From Diadema antillarum (Eukaryota), in contig NW_027270916.1 in assembly GCF_040938485.1 (NCBI RefSeq), forward strand, positions 496,001 through 560,000: a stretch of 64,000 bases of DNA, in the 5' to 3' direction. Below the pieces are notes generated by a model. It saw only the letters and a list, made by a program, of their open reading frames with translations, had not been told where the DNA came from and ran no database searches. Below, piece by piece: positions 1 through 12,646 of the stretch (positions are counted from its first letter, which is position 1; the number at the start of each line of letters is the position of its first letter). The translations under genes and the position numbers were made by a program.

Positions 1-183
1 GATAATTTTTGTGTAATGTGCGATGTCCCTTCTTGACCCAGGTGTACATATGGGGTACCCGCTGGTAATGAGATAATCGCAGTGTCCTCTGAAACTATAG
101 AGCAGAACTGACACTGAAGAGTCTCTACCCTGGAAGGTACAAACCATATAATACTGTTATCATTATTACTTTCTTTGCTGCAG

Positions 184-362
184 TGAGTACTTCATTTATG
201 TTCGGCAGCGGAGGAGGTCTCATCTCTCTTCAGCTCCCAGAGAGCCAGTGGCTGCGGACAGATCACGACGACCTGAGTCTGGGCGTGTCCACGAGGTCAG
301 CCACGGCCATCATCGCTCGCATAGACAGTGCAACATCCGATGACTACATAGAGATGGAACTG
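184..362 (+). CDS. NRXN: Neurexin, internal exon: start of last LNS/laminin-G domain (LNS6)
   Basis: Pyrimidine tract + CAG acceptor (182-183), GTATGC donor at 363. Encodes STSFMFGSGGGLISLQLP...DDLSLGVST...ARIDS...DYIEMEL, which aligns by eye with vertebrate neurexin GTTYIFSKGGGQITYKWP...DRLAIGFST...VRVDS...DYLELHI. Ends in phase 0. Confidence 0.93.
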
Positions 363-1009
363 GTATGCTGCAGTATTTTTCCGTGGCAGTAGCTCAATTG
401 TTGGCTCAGTAGATGGGTAGATTCATAATTTTATCGTAATATGTGCCTATTTTGTGGGAGATAGTTTCTGCTTCAACCTCATAGGATGGAAATTAAATAG
501 AATATACCCAAGTAGACTTGGGTATATCCGATTTGGTCCATGCTAGTACAATGTAACCATCAGTTTATCAATGTGATCATAATATATTACCGAGCTATGA
601 TTGCGATTTGACTTTAATATGTGTATATCCTTAAATGAATATGGAGAGTAAAGCTCTTAACAATGAAACAACTCACTGCATGCTACATTGGTTTTGTGAA
701 TATGTGTCTATCTTTTTACTTTCATGGTCAGAGATGTGTATACATTGATTCATTGTGATAGTTGAACCTCTATGCTCCTTTTCTACACTTTGCCATATTA
801 AGACTGGTGGAGCAAACATCTTAATTTTCAATCAATCAATGAGTAGTGTAGGTTTGTTTTCCATTCATATTTCCCAAATTTATATTGATTTTCGTGGTGC
901 AGTTTTCCCTCAGTAGAGCTCCAAATGCATTTTGAAATTATGCACTTTGAAAGAAGGTCCATACAGATATAAATTGGATGTTGTTTTTTTTCCCCCTTTT
1001 TCCTATCAG

Positions 1010-1181
1010 GTTAATGGCTACCTGTGGATAGTATACAACTTTGGCTCCGGAGACCACACCATCAGCGATGGCAGGAATAGGATTAATGACGGTGTGTATC
1101 ACGTCATCCACTTCTCTCGGACAGGAGCGAACGCCACACTGCAGGTGGATCAGTACGCACAGATCACCAAGATTCCCAGAG
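1010..1181 (+). CDS. NRXN: Neurexin, internal exon (LNS6, ends at the SS4-equivalent position)
   Basis: TTCCTATCAG acceptor, AG|GTAAAG donor. Encodes VNGYLWIVYNFG...INDGVYHVIHFSRTGANATLQVD...PRG, matching [23 protein letters not shown]. Phase 0 in, phase 1 out. Confidence 0.95.
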
Positions 1182-2042
1182 GTAAAGATGAGGGGGGTTT
1201 CCCCCCCCCCCCTCTCACCCATCCATCCTACCCTGTGAATAAAGTTGCTGATGCTCTAGATACCAGACTTGCACAATGTGTCTTGGGATAGCAACTTTAA
1301 AGGGGAGGTTGACCTCTGAGGCATAGGAACTCTGGTGTTTCTTTCTTGGAATTTGGTTTACTGGTTTGAGACTGGTAGGTAGTAGTGTCAGTTGAGTGAT
1401 CTTTTTTTAGTTTGTATTGGGTGAATGGTTTTCTTCAGATGTGAAGGTGTTTGTCAGTGTGAAAGGTTTCGTCCATTAGGTGTAGTTTTTCTTTTTTAAA
1501 AATCCTGATATGTTACATGCAATTTATCACCACAAAAGCCTGATCAACTTGTGAAACACTGATTTTTTTTCTTTGTTATTATCGAACTTCCAAGACTTAA
1601 TGTTTTCCATTGAATTTGTACTACTTAATTTCCAAACCTACAGTAGACACAGTAAATGGGCTATCCACCAGATAAACACAGTTCGGACAATGGGTTTGAA
1701 TTTGGGATGTTCTCAAGTGGTCATAAAATAGATATCTAAGGGCAATGAACAAATTCAAAGTGCCACAGGATTATCCTTTATGTTGACAAAGTGTTTCAGT
1801 CTTCAAAATATGCTTTGATTAAATTCAGTCAGGAGCAAGAATAGTTATCAAATTTTTCTTGAATGAATATCAAACTTCTTATTTTTCAGCCATGTAATCC
1901 CATTTTACAAATTCCTGAGCTTTGATGTCTGCAACTACATCAGGGCAAGAGGGTAAAAGTCACTTGGTATATATCATTCACTGGTAGAAGACTAGAACGC
2001 ATCACATTTAGGTTGTCTTGTTTCTTTTGTTAATGTCTCCAG

Positions 2043-2410
2043 GCAAGCAGTCTACTTTCTTTGATGACCAGGCAGTGGTCAGTCTTGGTGGGCGGAGCGG
2101 TAGTGCCAGGCGGAGACGACGGCGGCGATCGGTGCCTTCTCCGCCCTTTGAGGGCATGATGTCCGGCCTCTCCTACAACGACATGCGCATCCTAGACATT
2201 GCTGCGTCAGACGACGCCCGCATCCAGATGGACGGGAACGTCATACGGGTGGAAGATCCAGCGAGCATCATCTACAGCACACCTCTTCCGACCACCGGAG
2301 GGGGAGGAGGAGGAGCTGTCAGCACCACTACCACCAGGAGAACACCGGTCCTACCCCCTGTCAGGGAACCAGAGAGTACCCCAAACACTGATCACACCTC
2401 ACCCACAAAG
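2043..2410 (+). CDS. NRXN: Neurexin, internal exon (end of LNS6 and Thr/Pro-rich stalk)
   Basis: TGTCTCCAG acceptor, AAG|GTTGGC donor. Encodes GKQSTFFDDQAVVSLGG...PFEGMMSGLSYNDMRILDIAASDDARIQMDGNV, then a T/P-rich mucin-like stalk. Phase 1 in, phase 0 out. Confidence 0.92.
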
Positions 2411-3393
2411 GTTGGCAGACAGTGGGGTTTATTAAAGACATTCAGATTTGTATTTAGAAAAATTCTTGGCAAATCTATTCTGATGTTCAACTATCATTTA
2501 ACATGATCTCTGCTTAACTCTAACAGTTTTGTTTCAAAGTATTCCATTTTGACTTAAGTGGCAACTGCAGGTTAAAGTTAACAAACTGTGGGCCACCACC
2601 CTTTTAGATACCACTGACTTTCCTCTAGAGAAATTAAAAGTAGAGTACAAAACACCCATTCTTTGGTGTTGCTGGGTTTGTTTGCTTTTTTTTTATCACC
2701 ATGCTGAGACAAGAGTCCTAAAATCAGATGTTCTCGTCTGCCTCACTGACAACTGTGTTATGTTCAAGAGTTCTTAAAGAGTTTCATGATAAAGAAACTA
2801 AACATACCTCTACCTTTTTCTTTCAGGCTTCAAGGCTGTATATGTTACAACAGATGATAATCAACTGAATGATCAAGCAGCATTAAGATTTCAGCTGTCG
2901 TAATCATCAGGCTCAAAACTTTTGTCTCTTTGCAGTAATTAGTAGAAACAACCAGGACCTGTCATATTGAAAACCAGCAACATATGGCCATAATAACATT
3001 GGACCTTACAAACAGGCAGTGAGACTGAATTATTCCTTCTTGGAGGGGATCTCAATTGACCTGATACACAGAGGCAAAATTTGATGATGAGTGTTAGGAT
3101 GGATGCAAAAACAAGACTGTAATATTGGTGTCAATTTTCATCAGTTCAGCCATGAGCCTTCTTGATATGTAGGATTTGTATTTGATGATCATATGTCTAT
3201 GTATATGGAAGAGTCGAAGCTGCTCAAATTCACAAATATTTTCATATAAATTTGTCAAAGAAACACTTGTCGGTGATTTCCTTAAATTGCTAACATTCCT
3301 GTGTCTTGGATGAAGGTTTATCCCATGATTTAGGATTGATACAGCAACACAAACGCAGTCTGTAATCCAAGTTTTATATACCCCACTCACCAG

Positions 3394-3517
3394 ATCACAA
3401 TGTCTATAGCACCGACATCCGATGGAGAGTACCAGACTGATAATTCAGACATCATCTTTGTACCTGGGTCAGGATGCCTGTCAGAGGATGATGAAGATTG
3501 TACAAGTCAGAACAGAG
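3394..3517 (+). CDS. NRXN: Neurexin, stalk exon with Cys-loop / heparan-sulfate motif
   Basis: CACCAG acceptor, AG|GTGAGC donor. Encodes ITMSIAPTSDGEYQTDNSDIIFVPGSGCLSEDDEDCTSQNR. Phases (0 in, 1 out) fit both neighbours. Not in the ORF track. Confidence 0.88.
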
Positions 3518-3691
3518 GTGAGCGTTAATGGTTGAGAAAAGACTTTTTTAGGTATATTATATCTTTATGAGATCTTTGTTCTTTTATCCTTTTAACTCAT
3601 ATTTGAAAAAATGAAAGTTTTCATGTTCAAGCTTTGTAGAATTCAAAAGAAAGGAATATAAAAAAGTGAACCCGACTTATATCAGAAACAT

Positions 3692-3853
3692 CAGTGGCGG
3701 ATCCAGAGAGGTGCGCACAGGGCGCACGCCCCCTCTTTATTTTTGGTTAAAACAAAAGAAATAAAAAGAAAAAAATGGGGGGGGGTGCGTGTGCCCCCCC
3801 CTTTAATTTTGCAAAGGCGCCTATCCTTTACGGAATTCCTGGATCTGCCCCTG
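3692..3853. mobile_element. MITE with CAG...CTG termini and 5-bp TSD (hAT5-like)
   Basis: TIRs CAGTGGCGGATCCAG / CTGGATCTGCCCCTG, flanked by AACAT on both sides (3687-3691, 3854-3858). Confidence 0.8.
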
Positions 3854-6237
3854 AACATAATTCAATGTGTTGGAAGAGCAGTGAAATGCTTTTTATGAGA
3901 AGCAAAAGTTATTAAAAGAGGTTTGCATGTCGAATTGTGATACTGGGGTATCATAGTTTACCATGATTTTGTTCAATGCCATATTTGCATATGCCATACT
4001 CGCCATGCTGGTCTGCATTCAAGGATGTTAAATGCATTTGTGGCTGCAGCTATCAAATGAACATGCATCATGCTCCAAAAGTATGCACCAAAGCATGCAC
4101 AACACAAGAACATCAAGAATGTATTCAGAGTAGACTGAACAAAAAGAGTCTTGTACAGAGAATAATTGGGAAAAGTGGATACAAGTAGCAAATGCATGTT
4201 CACTTGCCTCCTCAATCATAATAAAATAATGATTTCTCAAATGAGCAGTTTCTCCCCTGAAACTGGTTGTTTTATCGGTAATTCCCATGTTGGCCAGTTC
4301 TTATTACTCCCGTGATAGAAATTTGCATGGCCCCCAAAGACAGTCAGTGGTATTCCTACAGGCTTCTTCAATAATTTGAAACAGCCATCTTTCTTTCTTT
4401 TTTAAAGATAATCCTAAAATTTCCTTTTTTTAAATTTTATCTTTTGTTGGAGTGTCGAGAGCATTTTCAAAAGTCATTGATTTCAAGCATTCCTTTTGCT
4501 ACAAATGACACGGTGCAATTGATACTCATCAAGTTTATGCAATAGTTTTCACCCACAAAAGCCTGTTTCTCCTCCTAGGCCCTTTACATCATGTATATTG
4601 CTTTGCACTCAGTGATATTTACCACTTTCTGTAGAAGAATTTGAGGTGATCTATGAAAAAAAAAAAACCTCAAGGATATTGGTCCAATGCCACTACATTT
4701 TGTTATCAATGTTATTATATGATCGTAATTCCCTTTTTGTCTGCTGTAACCTTATGACTTTTCAGTTACCACTAGAGGTAAAGTTACCTGCCATTCATAT
4801 TTGAATTTTGTATTTTTGTTTCAATAGATATTGTGGCCAGTGTTTCTGTAAAGTGTTTCTTTAACATGAGTTCTTAGCACTAACAGCATGGGTGGAGAAC
4901 AGATAAGGATTCTACTCTTTCTTTGTCTCTGTTGTGAACACAGTGTTGGTGAATCTTTTCCTTCAATACAAACACCAGTAGTCTGTCTTTCTCTTTAGGG
5001 GGGTAGCTGGGAGTTACCCGTAGGGTATTGGAGTAATTCCACTTCTTGGAGATAAAATCAGAGAAGTTGTTGTGTAGATCTAGTTACATGATGTTTCAGA
5101 AAGAATATGAATAGTAAAAATTGCAGCTGGTATCTGTGTGTCAGTATTCTTTGCCTTCAATTTCATCTTGCTGTGTTACATCAATGTGACTTGCCATGTA
5201 TAAAACATTGTAAGTTTAACATGTGAAGAATGTTTCACACATTGTGGTATTTTCTGAATTCATGGTTTTTTGGTTACTGTATATTCCATGTATTTAGTGA
5301 GTGTAATTTTTCCAGATCGGGACTTCCTGATAATTTTTGCGAGTGGATGAATTTGCAGTCTTGGAGTACCGCATTGAACAGAGGAATGTGCATGTGCACG
5401 TCCCATTCAAGTCAAGATCAGAATTAATATTTTTTTGTGTTTTAAAATTCGTGAAGAGCACCTGACTCACAAAATTTGTAAAAATAAAAAATATATGGCA
5501 TATACAGTATTTCATTGTATAGGCCATGCCAGTGTCAAGAGACAAAAGAGTGTTGTAAATTCTTGTGCATGCTTCTGAATTGATATGGTGCCACTTCTGT
5601 ACACTGACTTTTGTACTGACATCACGTATGACCCACTTGTGCTCATTCAAATCTTCTTGTGAACGCTTCATAAATGTGTCATTCATAACATTCATTGCTA
5701 CGACATCTGTCGCTTGTTTCATTTTACACTAGAGCTGTGACATCACATCCAGGCAGTGTGCATGTCCTTTACTGATGAAGTGGTAGTGGATTATGGGTAT
5801 ATTTTCTTTAGTTCTTAGCCATGATATAATCACATCTGTCCCTAAGATGAGAACTAGACAGATAGATATAGTGAGGTTTGAAAATTTCACTCTAAGAAGA
5901 ATTGAAATTAACCAGTAGATATGTGTCAAATATCTTGTTTTGAACAGTTAAGTTCCTTTATTCCACATGTAGATTATATGTCCTAAAAAAATAGGAAAAG
6001 TGCAAAAGACAGGTATGTGTCAAAATAGTGATATGAGTGTAAATATTTGTCATCCATGATGCTGTTCAGTTCAAAAGGGAGCCAGTGGATTGAAAACTGA
6101 TATAACAAGATGCAGCGTAAGAAGGATGAAGCAAAGAGTTTATCTAAGCCCGGAAATCCAGCAATGTGCCCTTCTTTTTTTTCTTATCACTCAGTCACAA
6201 AAATATTGATTTACTTCCATTCTTCATCTCACGATAG

Positions 6238-6815
6238 ATGACGACATCTTTGGTCCCGAGATAACAGCCGGCACGTCCTCGCCCGTCAAGCCTTCCCCTA
6301 CCACGCCTGACTCGGGGTCATCCATCTCAGTGAACCCCCTGCCCCCGTCCAGCACCGAGCAGGGATCGGGCGTGGCCAGCTGCAACGACGACGACGAGGA
6401 CTGTATGACTGCCTCGGGGGCCGACCCGGCCAGCCCCAGACCGACGAAGGAGTTCACTTTCACCACGGTTAAGACCAAGGGCGGAACCACAGGCGACGAA
6501 AATTCCATCAGTGTTGGAGTAACGCCAAGGCAAGAGACGACCAAGAACAACAATGGTTTTGACTTTCTTGGCGAGGCTGGACTGGTTGTCGGCTCGGTTG
6601 CGGGCGCAGCCATCATCTTTGTCCTAATCATCCTCGCCATTTACAAGTTCAAGAATCAGAACGAGGGCTCTTACCAGATCAATGAGAGCCGCAACTATGA
6701 CTACGAAGCGACACGCACCGCGCTATTACCACAAACTGCCACGAACGGTACACTACCCACGAAACCAAAACCTTCATTACCCCCAGAGTATGCAACAAAA
6801 GAATGGTATGTCTAG
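6238..6815 (+). CDS. NRXN: Neurexin, terminal exon (stalk, TM helix, 4.1-binding motif, PDZ ligand)
   Basis: Acceptor at 6236-6237, phase 1. TM GLVVGSVAGAAIIFVLIILAIY, then KFKNQNEGSY (cf. RNRDEGSY), ending KEWYV-stop, the neurexin class II PDZ motif. Confidence 0.96.
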
Positions 6816-9800
6816 CAGTAGGTGTATGTAGATGGTAATGATATAGATAGATCTCCTATGGTTTAATTGTTTTATTACATTTAGCTGCAGTCTTCTTTTT
6901 GTATATTTGATGAGAGAGAGAAAAAAAAAGGACTGAAACACCATAGTTATGATGAGGTATTGAAATCCAAACTACATGTACTCAGCCAGTGTGTGTGTGC
7001 GTGTGTGTGTGTAAGGGACATCGGCCTCCTAATTTTTATATACTGATATGTAACTTGTGTACCAGGTTATGGCAACGACGCTGTTCCTTGCACGAACAAC
7101 CAGTATGTGTATAAAATTAATTTTACCAATCTTGCCAGTGTATTTGTGTATTGCAAACATTTCCTATGATGAGCCTACAGGTAATGAATAAGTTCCCCAT
7201 CTGTAATTTCACTTCAGCTGTGATTTCAATTATGTAATTGGTGAGTGATTTGATGCCTGCAGAAGAATGATGAATGCACCAACGACGTACCTGTACACTG
7301 TATATTCCCTCTGTGAATAGGTTGTGCTTAAGAAGTATGTTATTTCTTATGCTAGTGATTACGAGTTCTAGTTTGATATGATCATGAGTTCCTTTGACCT
7401 GATATTGGGCGAGATGGTCCAGAAGACCTTTTGTCTTTAATACCTCGTGTGTGGTACATATTCCAGATTGTTTACGTCCAAGGGACTTCGGTAAGGAGGG
7501 CTTTCAACCCCAACCCAGCAGAGGATAAAAGTTAAAGTTGATGTGCTGTGATGAGAAGATTCTTCACGCCTGTAGTAGTACAAATAACGTGCTGTGCGAA
7601 ATCCATTCAAATCACCTGACTGTTTTTGTATTGTGTCTGAATGAAACAGAAGGGTGTAGAAATACATGGACACTTTGACTAGGGGAAGCAGCATGCATAT
7701 CGTAAGCTACATGCTTGCCTTGCAATGACAATGTTCACGGCTCAAGTACTGTATGCCTGCGCGTGTATTTAATATGTCAAACATGTGAGCATTGTCACTG
7801 GTCTGTGAATTACCACATGCATCTCATTCTGCACACCGAGCAAAAGACTTACATGGTAGCTGTTGCAAGTTTGACAGAATATCATCAGGTTTGTGGGAAA
7901 TCTTTGCATGGGCTAATCGTGTTTGATGAGTGTTAGAAGTGTACTCTACTAATCCTGTCTAACGAGAGAACTTTGAAACTACAGCTATGAGTATTTCTAT
8001 TCTTTTTCTCTTTTTTTGGCAGCATTGTTGCTAATCCTGGGTCTTGACCAAGAATTCATATCAGTTTTCTTTGAATTTGTGTTCATCTGAGAAAGAAAAG
8101 TAAGAGTCCATGGAATAGACATCACTCTAACAGTTGTAGTTTCATGTAATTTGTGTATTTGAACAAATAGCACAACGATAAGTCGTGTACTCAACAGTTC
8201 TTGAAGGTATCAGTGTTTGGCCAATTAATGAAGAATAATAGTGTTTGGTTGTTTGTGTTTGGTTGCAAAGAGTTCTTGAGATGCATGCTGTACACAAAAA
8301 AAAAGTGTGTGCCCATTTTTTCTGTTTTTAATGTGAATGTGTGTATGTGTGTGTGTATGTATGATGGTGTCTTCTTCTGCAGTAAGCAGGTATGTCATTT
8401 GTAATATTTGTCTTTAAACAAGTAGTTCATCAGATGATGACATAATGATGTAGACATCGATGACAAATAAGACTGAACACGGATTGGCCCATTGGAATGG
8501 AAAATGATGAAAACAGTACAGTAGGCACCCTACACATATTCAGGGGCTCGACACTAGCAGTGGTCTTACAGCTCATTAAAAATTGATGTCCGGCCAACAG
8601 ATATCAAAAAAGGTTTATCTTTTGGTGGCTTGATCAACTTCAGATTTGAAATGGATTGTTTTGGTTCCTTTTTATTTCTGGTCAATTCATTTTCTTCTCC
8701 TTTTTATTTCAGGCCACCAAAATTTGAAATTTAGAGATATTAATGGCCTGAATGGGCCACCAGAGGGGGAAAAAAAGTTGGTGTCAACCCCTGCATATAT
8801 GTGTCAGTAATGTACAACCATTTGTATCTACTATCATTTGTGAGACTATTTCTGGAATATTAATAAGTCTCAAGTGTTTGTCAATCCCTACGTACTGTCT
8901 CATGAGAAGGACCCTGTGCGTTTAGGGACTTACGGTAGGTCCAAGGAGACTTGGTCATGTGACCAGAGTCCTGTTGCACTTGAAAAGCTCCGTGTGGGTG
9001 TGACCGACTAGTACATCCACTGTTTACTTGTTCTGTTCAGGTTTCCCGCAATCAAATTAGAAAATTATTCTGGCAGATTGTGTACATAGAATAGCTATAT
9101 ATATGTCTTGTTGATGGCTTTCTCTGGTGCTACAAGATGTTTGACTTCAATTCTCCTTCACGCTCTTTTGCTCCCATGTAATGTGAGCTTGAGTGATTGA
9201 TGTGAGCTTAAGGTATCACTTCCCATTCAACAACAACAACAAAAGTCACTTATGAAGCACCATTTGTAGATAGTAGGTTAAAATCATGTGCATCTCTGAG
9301 TGTATTGTCCCAATTTTCAATTCCAATTTTCTGTTAGGTCATTGCTATCTTCTGATCTGACATCGACTGGTGAAAATGGTGTATTTGCATTTACCTTAAG
9401 CCATTGGATGTTTTTCCTTCTGCCACCTGTGGAAAGAATCCAGATAGTTTGCATTTGATAGCAAGATATGTACCAGAATTTATTCTAAATTATCAAATTT
9501 GATAAGTGGACAATGATATAACCATTTAGTTAATCAATTGGCAGTAAGAAAGGCACAAACATCAAGGCACACTCTTTTCTTTCTTTTTAAGACAATGCTA
9601 TAATAACTTCAGAATGCATGTTGAAATAGAGCTCCATTGTCTAGTATATCTGACTTCCAAAAACCAAATTATTCAGAAAGTTAAATTCTGGATGTGTTTT
9701 GTTTTTTTATTGGTTTCCTAAGCTACAATATCACTAGTGGGCACAGCTAGGCATGAACTGACATTTTTTCCAGATGTAACAACTTTTGTAGACTGTGCAT

Positions 9801-11995
9801 TTTCTGCTTTTCGGCCATTTATGACAAGTTCCCCGACTTTACCTCTTGTGCTTTGCTGTTATCCAATATTCATGTCTACTTTGTAAATGCATAGTATATG
9901 CATGATAAAAAAAAGAAGAAAAAAGAAACGAGTATCTTTCACAGTTTATGAATTTGTTAAAGTGTATGATAGAATATGCAGTATTTTGTTCATTACTTTC
10001 AGTCATCTGTTTGTGTCCAATTCTCTCAGCATGCTTATCAAAAAGTAACTAATTAGTTCAAGGCTCAGACAATCTGAATTGCCGGGTGCAATTTAAAAAA
10101 AAAAATGAAATTGAATTTGCTGTTGTTCCAGCTGTTTATTACGAGACGCGATTATTGAAGATTATGTTGTTCTATTTTGTAAAGAAAAAAAATACTTATG
10201 GTGTAAATTGGACCTCTAAAGCATTCCGTTATAAATATCAGTTATATGACATGTTCCGTAGAGATAGAAGTCTTAGCTTGAGTATTAGAAGCAGCAGGAT
10301 TTATATTGGATCTGCTATGAAAAATAAACCGACTTATGTAATGTACATACAGATATGTATTTAGTATTGTGAAATATATTAGCCGAAGAATATATCACCG
10401 GACAGGGAGACAGAGGTATCTATATTTGACAGAAAGTGTAAAGTATTGTTTTGTGGGATTGACTGTGACTTATTTTGTGTTCCAACTTTCATACTTTAAC
10501 TGTTTTCTTTTTTTATAAATTAAACTCTGTTTCATGAATGCAAAAAGACTAAGACAGTTTAGGGCCTCCTTTTCTTAAAGGTACTGATCAAAATATGTTT
10601 CTTCTATAAAGGTGTCTTTCCTCCATGGGACTGAACAGAGAAGATTTATATTATCACAAAAGCATTCATTTTTGTTTGAATTGAAAGACTTGTGAAAGTA
10701 GGACTAGGACATATAGACGCATGTATGTCATGATAAAAGAATGGCAATTTCTCCTCATTTGTAATTACAGTGTGCATGCCCCATCTTATGTGTAGGCATA
10801 AATCCAAATCAGATGGCAACAGATAGTCATCATATTTATCAAGAAAAAGGTTGGTTAATGTTCTTATACAACTGTAGTATATTTCAGGTTCTATTAACTG
10901 CAGATATAAAAAAATATGACATTCGTATTGTCTGTCCACCATGGGACATAAAAACTTCAAGAAGGATGGCACTTTCAAATTACTTTGGAGAAGATTCTAT
11001 CAGGTTGCAATGAAGCATAACGATAAACGAAAACAAAGGGAAACTGACGAGAAATTAATATAATTTATTAGTGAAAAATTGAGCAAAAAATGGGATTCCA
11101 TCATTAAATATGATGATACCAAAAAGTTCGGCCAAATTCAAACATCAAATCTTTTGACTGCAGTTCCTATGATATGCAGATTCTTCCTGATCTTTCTGAA
11201 TGTAGATACAAACAGAAGCTTTTAGTGCAATCCCTTTTAAAACTTCTTGCAAAGATACAAAATTACATACTATTAGAATAAATCTTTCCCCCGGCCACAT
11301 TACCTATGGCTATAGCGAGTAGATCCAAAAGAGGGGTGTCAGAATTTAAAGCTTTCCAACTTTACACTTTGCCTTTGGTAAGTCTACTTGACTTAGAATG
11401 TTTCTGTAATGTAGAAGATGTCACCACGTAGAATGAAGCACCAATTTTGCGGCATGTTTCGATGGAATACTGGCAAAACGTCACAAATGCTTTTCACGTG
11501 TGAACCATATACACTGCTGTACTGTTCAGTTCGTGTACTTTGAGTGTGTGTTAAAGACATCCTTTTTGTAGTATCTCGTGGAAGTACAGCTGTAGGAACG
11601 AAAAGTACCGAATGTCTGCAGTTTTTGACACGAAAAATGTTATGTTGTCTTTCATGTACCAAATATGATATTTGTGTTTCAAAATTTGATGGATCACTGG
11701 AAGACGTGGAAAGCAAAAACCGTGATAAAATATTTGTGTGTACATGAATACAAGTTTGCTTCCACAGACTATGTTAAGTGATTTCTTATTGCAATTTGAA
11801 AAGAGGTTAAATTTGGATAGCATATTTCCGTCGAAGGTGAAATAGTTTTACCGAAGTTTGTATCATGTATTGTTTGAAGAGTTTTATTTACTTTTTTTTT
11901 TTCGTTTGTAGAATCTTATTTTGATATCATCTTTATTCGGCCTCCCAACATTTTCATTATGCAAGTGTAGCAATAAATGTGAATTTGAAAGGAAA
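6816..11995 (+). other. Putative long neurexin 3' UTR
   Basis: No coding signal after the stop; U-rich and TGTA-rich sequence. Candidate AATAAA at 11972-11977 (an ATTAAA near 10520 is an alternative). The end point is inferred. Confidence 0.45.
8541..8793. mobile_element. hAT-like MITE inside the putative neurexin 3' UTR
   Basis: TIRs CAGGGGCTCGACAC / GTGTCAACCCCTG; imperfect flanking duplication CATATT / CATATA. Confidence 0.65.
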
Positions 11996-12179
11996 TGCAA
12001 AATCATGTGTCAGACTCTTGCTATTTTTTTTTCCTGAGTACATTATTCATTGCATGGAGAAACGAGTTACAACCATCTATTTCCATTCAGCACTTTCCTA
12101 CACTACATTAACTTAGTCAATCAGTGATCGAAGTTGATGCTTTTTATGCACATATTACTTATAGTATGCATAAGTATAT

Positions 12180-12202
12180 ATTATATATACATATACAAAT
12201 AT

Positions 12203-12242
<40 letters not shown>

Positions 12243-12315
12243 TCATATTATATTTCATTGTTTTCATTTGAGTAATTCACACACACACATACACACACAC
12301 ACACATACACACAAC
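12180..12315. repeat. (TA)n and (CA)n microsatellites
   Basis: Dinucleotide runs seen directly. Confidence 0.9.
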
Positions 12316-12646
12316 TCTGGGATGGCTTTTCCCATGATCTCCGGGCTCAGACAGACGATACAGGACATTCTGTAAATTGTCTAGTTTTGACTCTACTTTG
12401 ACTTTGTCAATTTCTCCAATTGAAAATATAAGACATAGGCCCGTACAATGTAGGAGAAATGTGGCGATTTCAAATAACTAGTTACCATTACTTTGAATTA
12501 CACACTCGTTTCAATAAAGACTTATTCCCTGATGTACGTATAGGTAAGGTCTGCTACATGAAAGCAAGATTGAGCTCCATAACCTGTAAATAGAATGGGT
12601 CTGCCTGTCACTGGAGAGCCGCAGTTATTTCACGAGTCTCTCTAAT

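Noticed and set aside
42-136. Exon-like segment (CCCAG|...GAAG|GTAC) just upstream of LNS6, where a beta-neurexin first exon would splice in
   Set aside because: The phase-compatible frame has stops and no ATG after them, and the intron would be only 47 nt.
2827-2870. Strong acceptor TACCTTTTTCTTTCAG in the neurexin phase-0 intron
   Set aside because: Reads into a stop after 13 codons and has no convincing frame-preserving donor.
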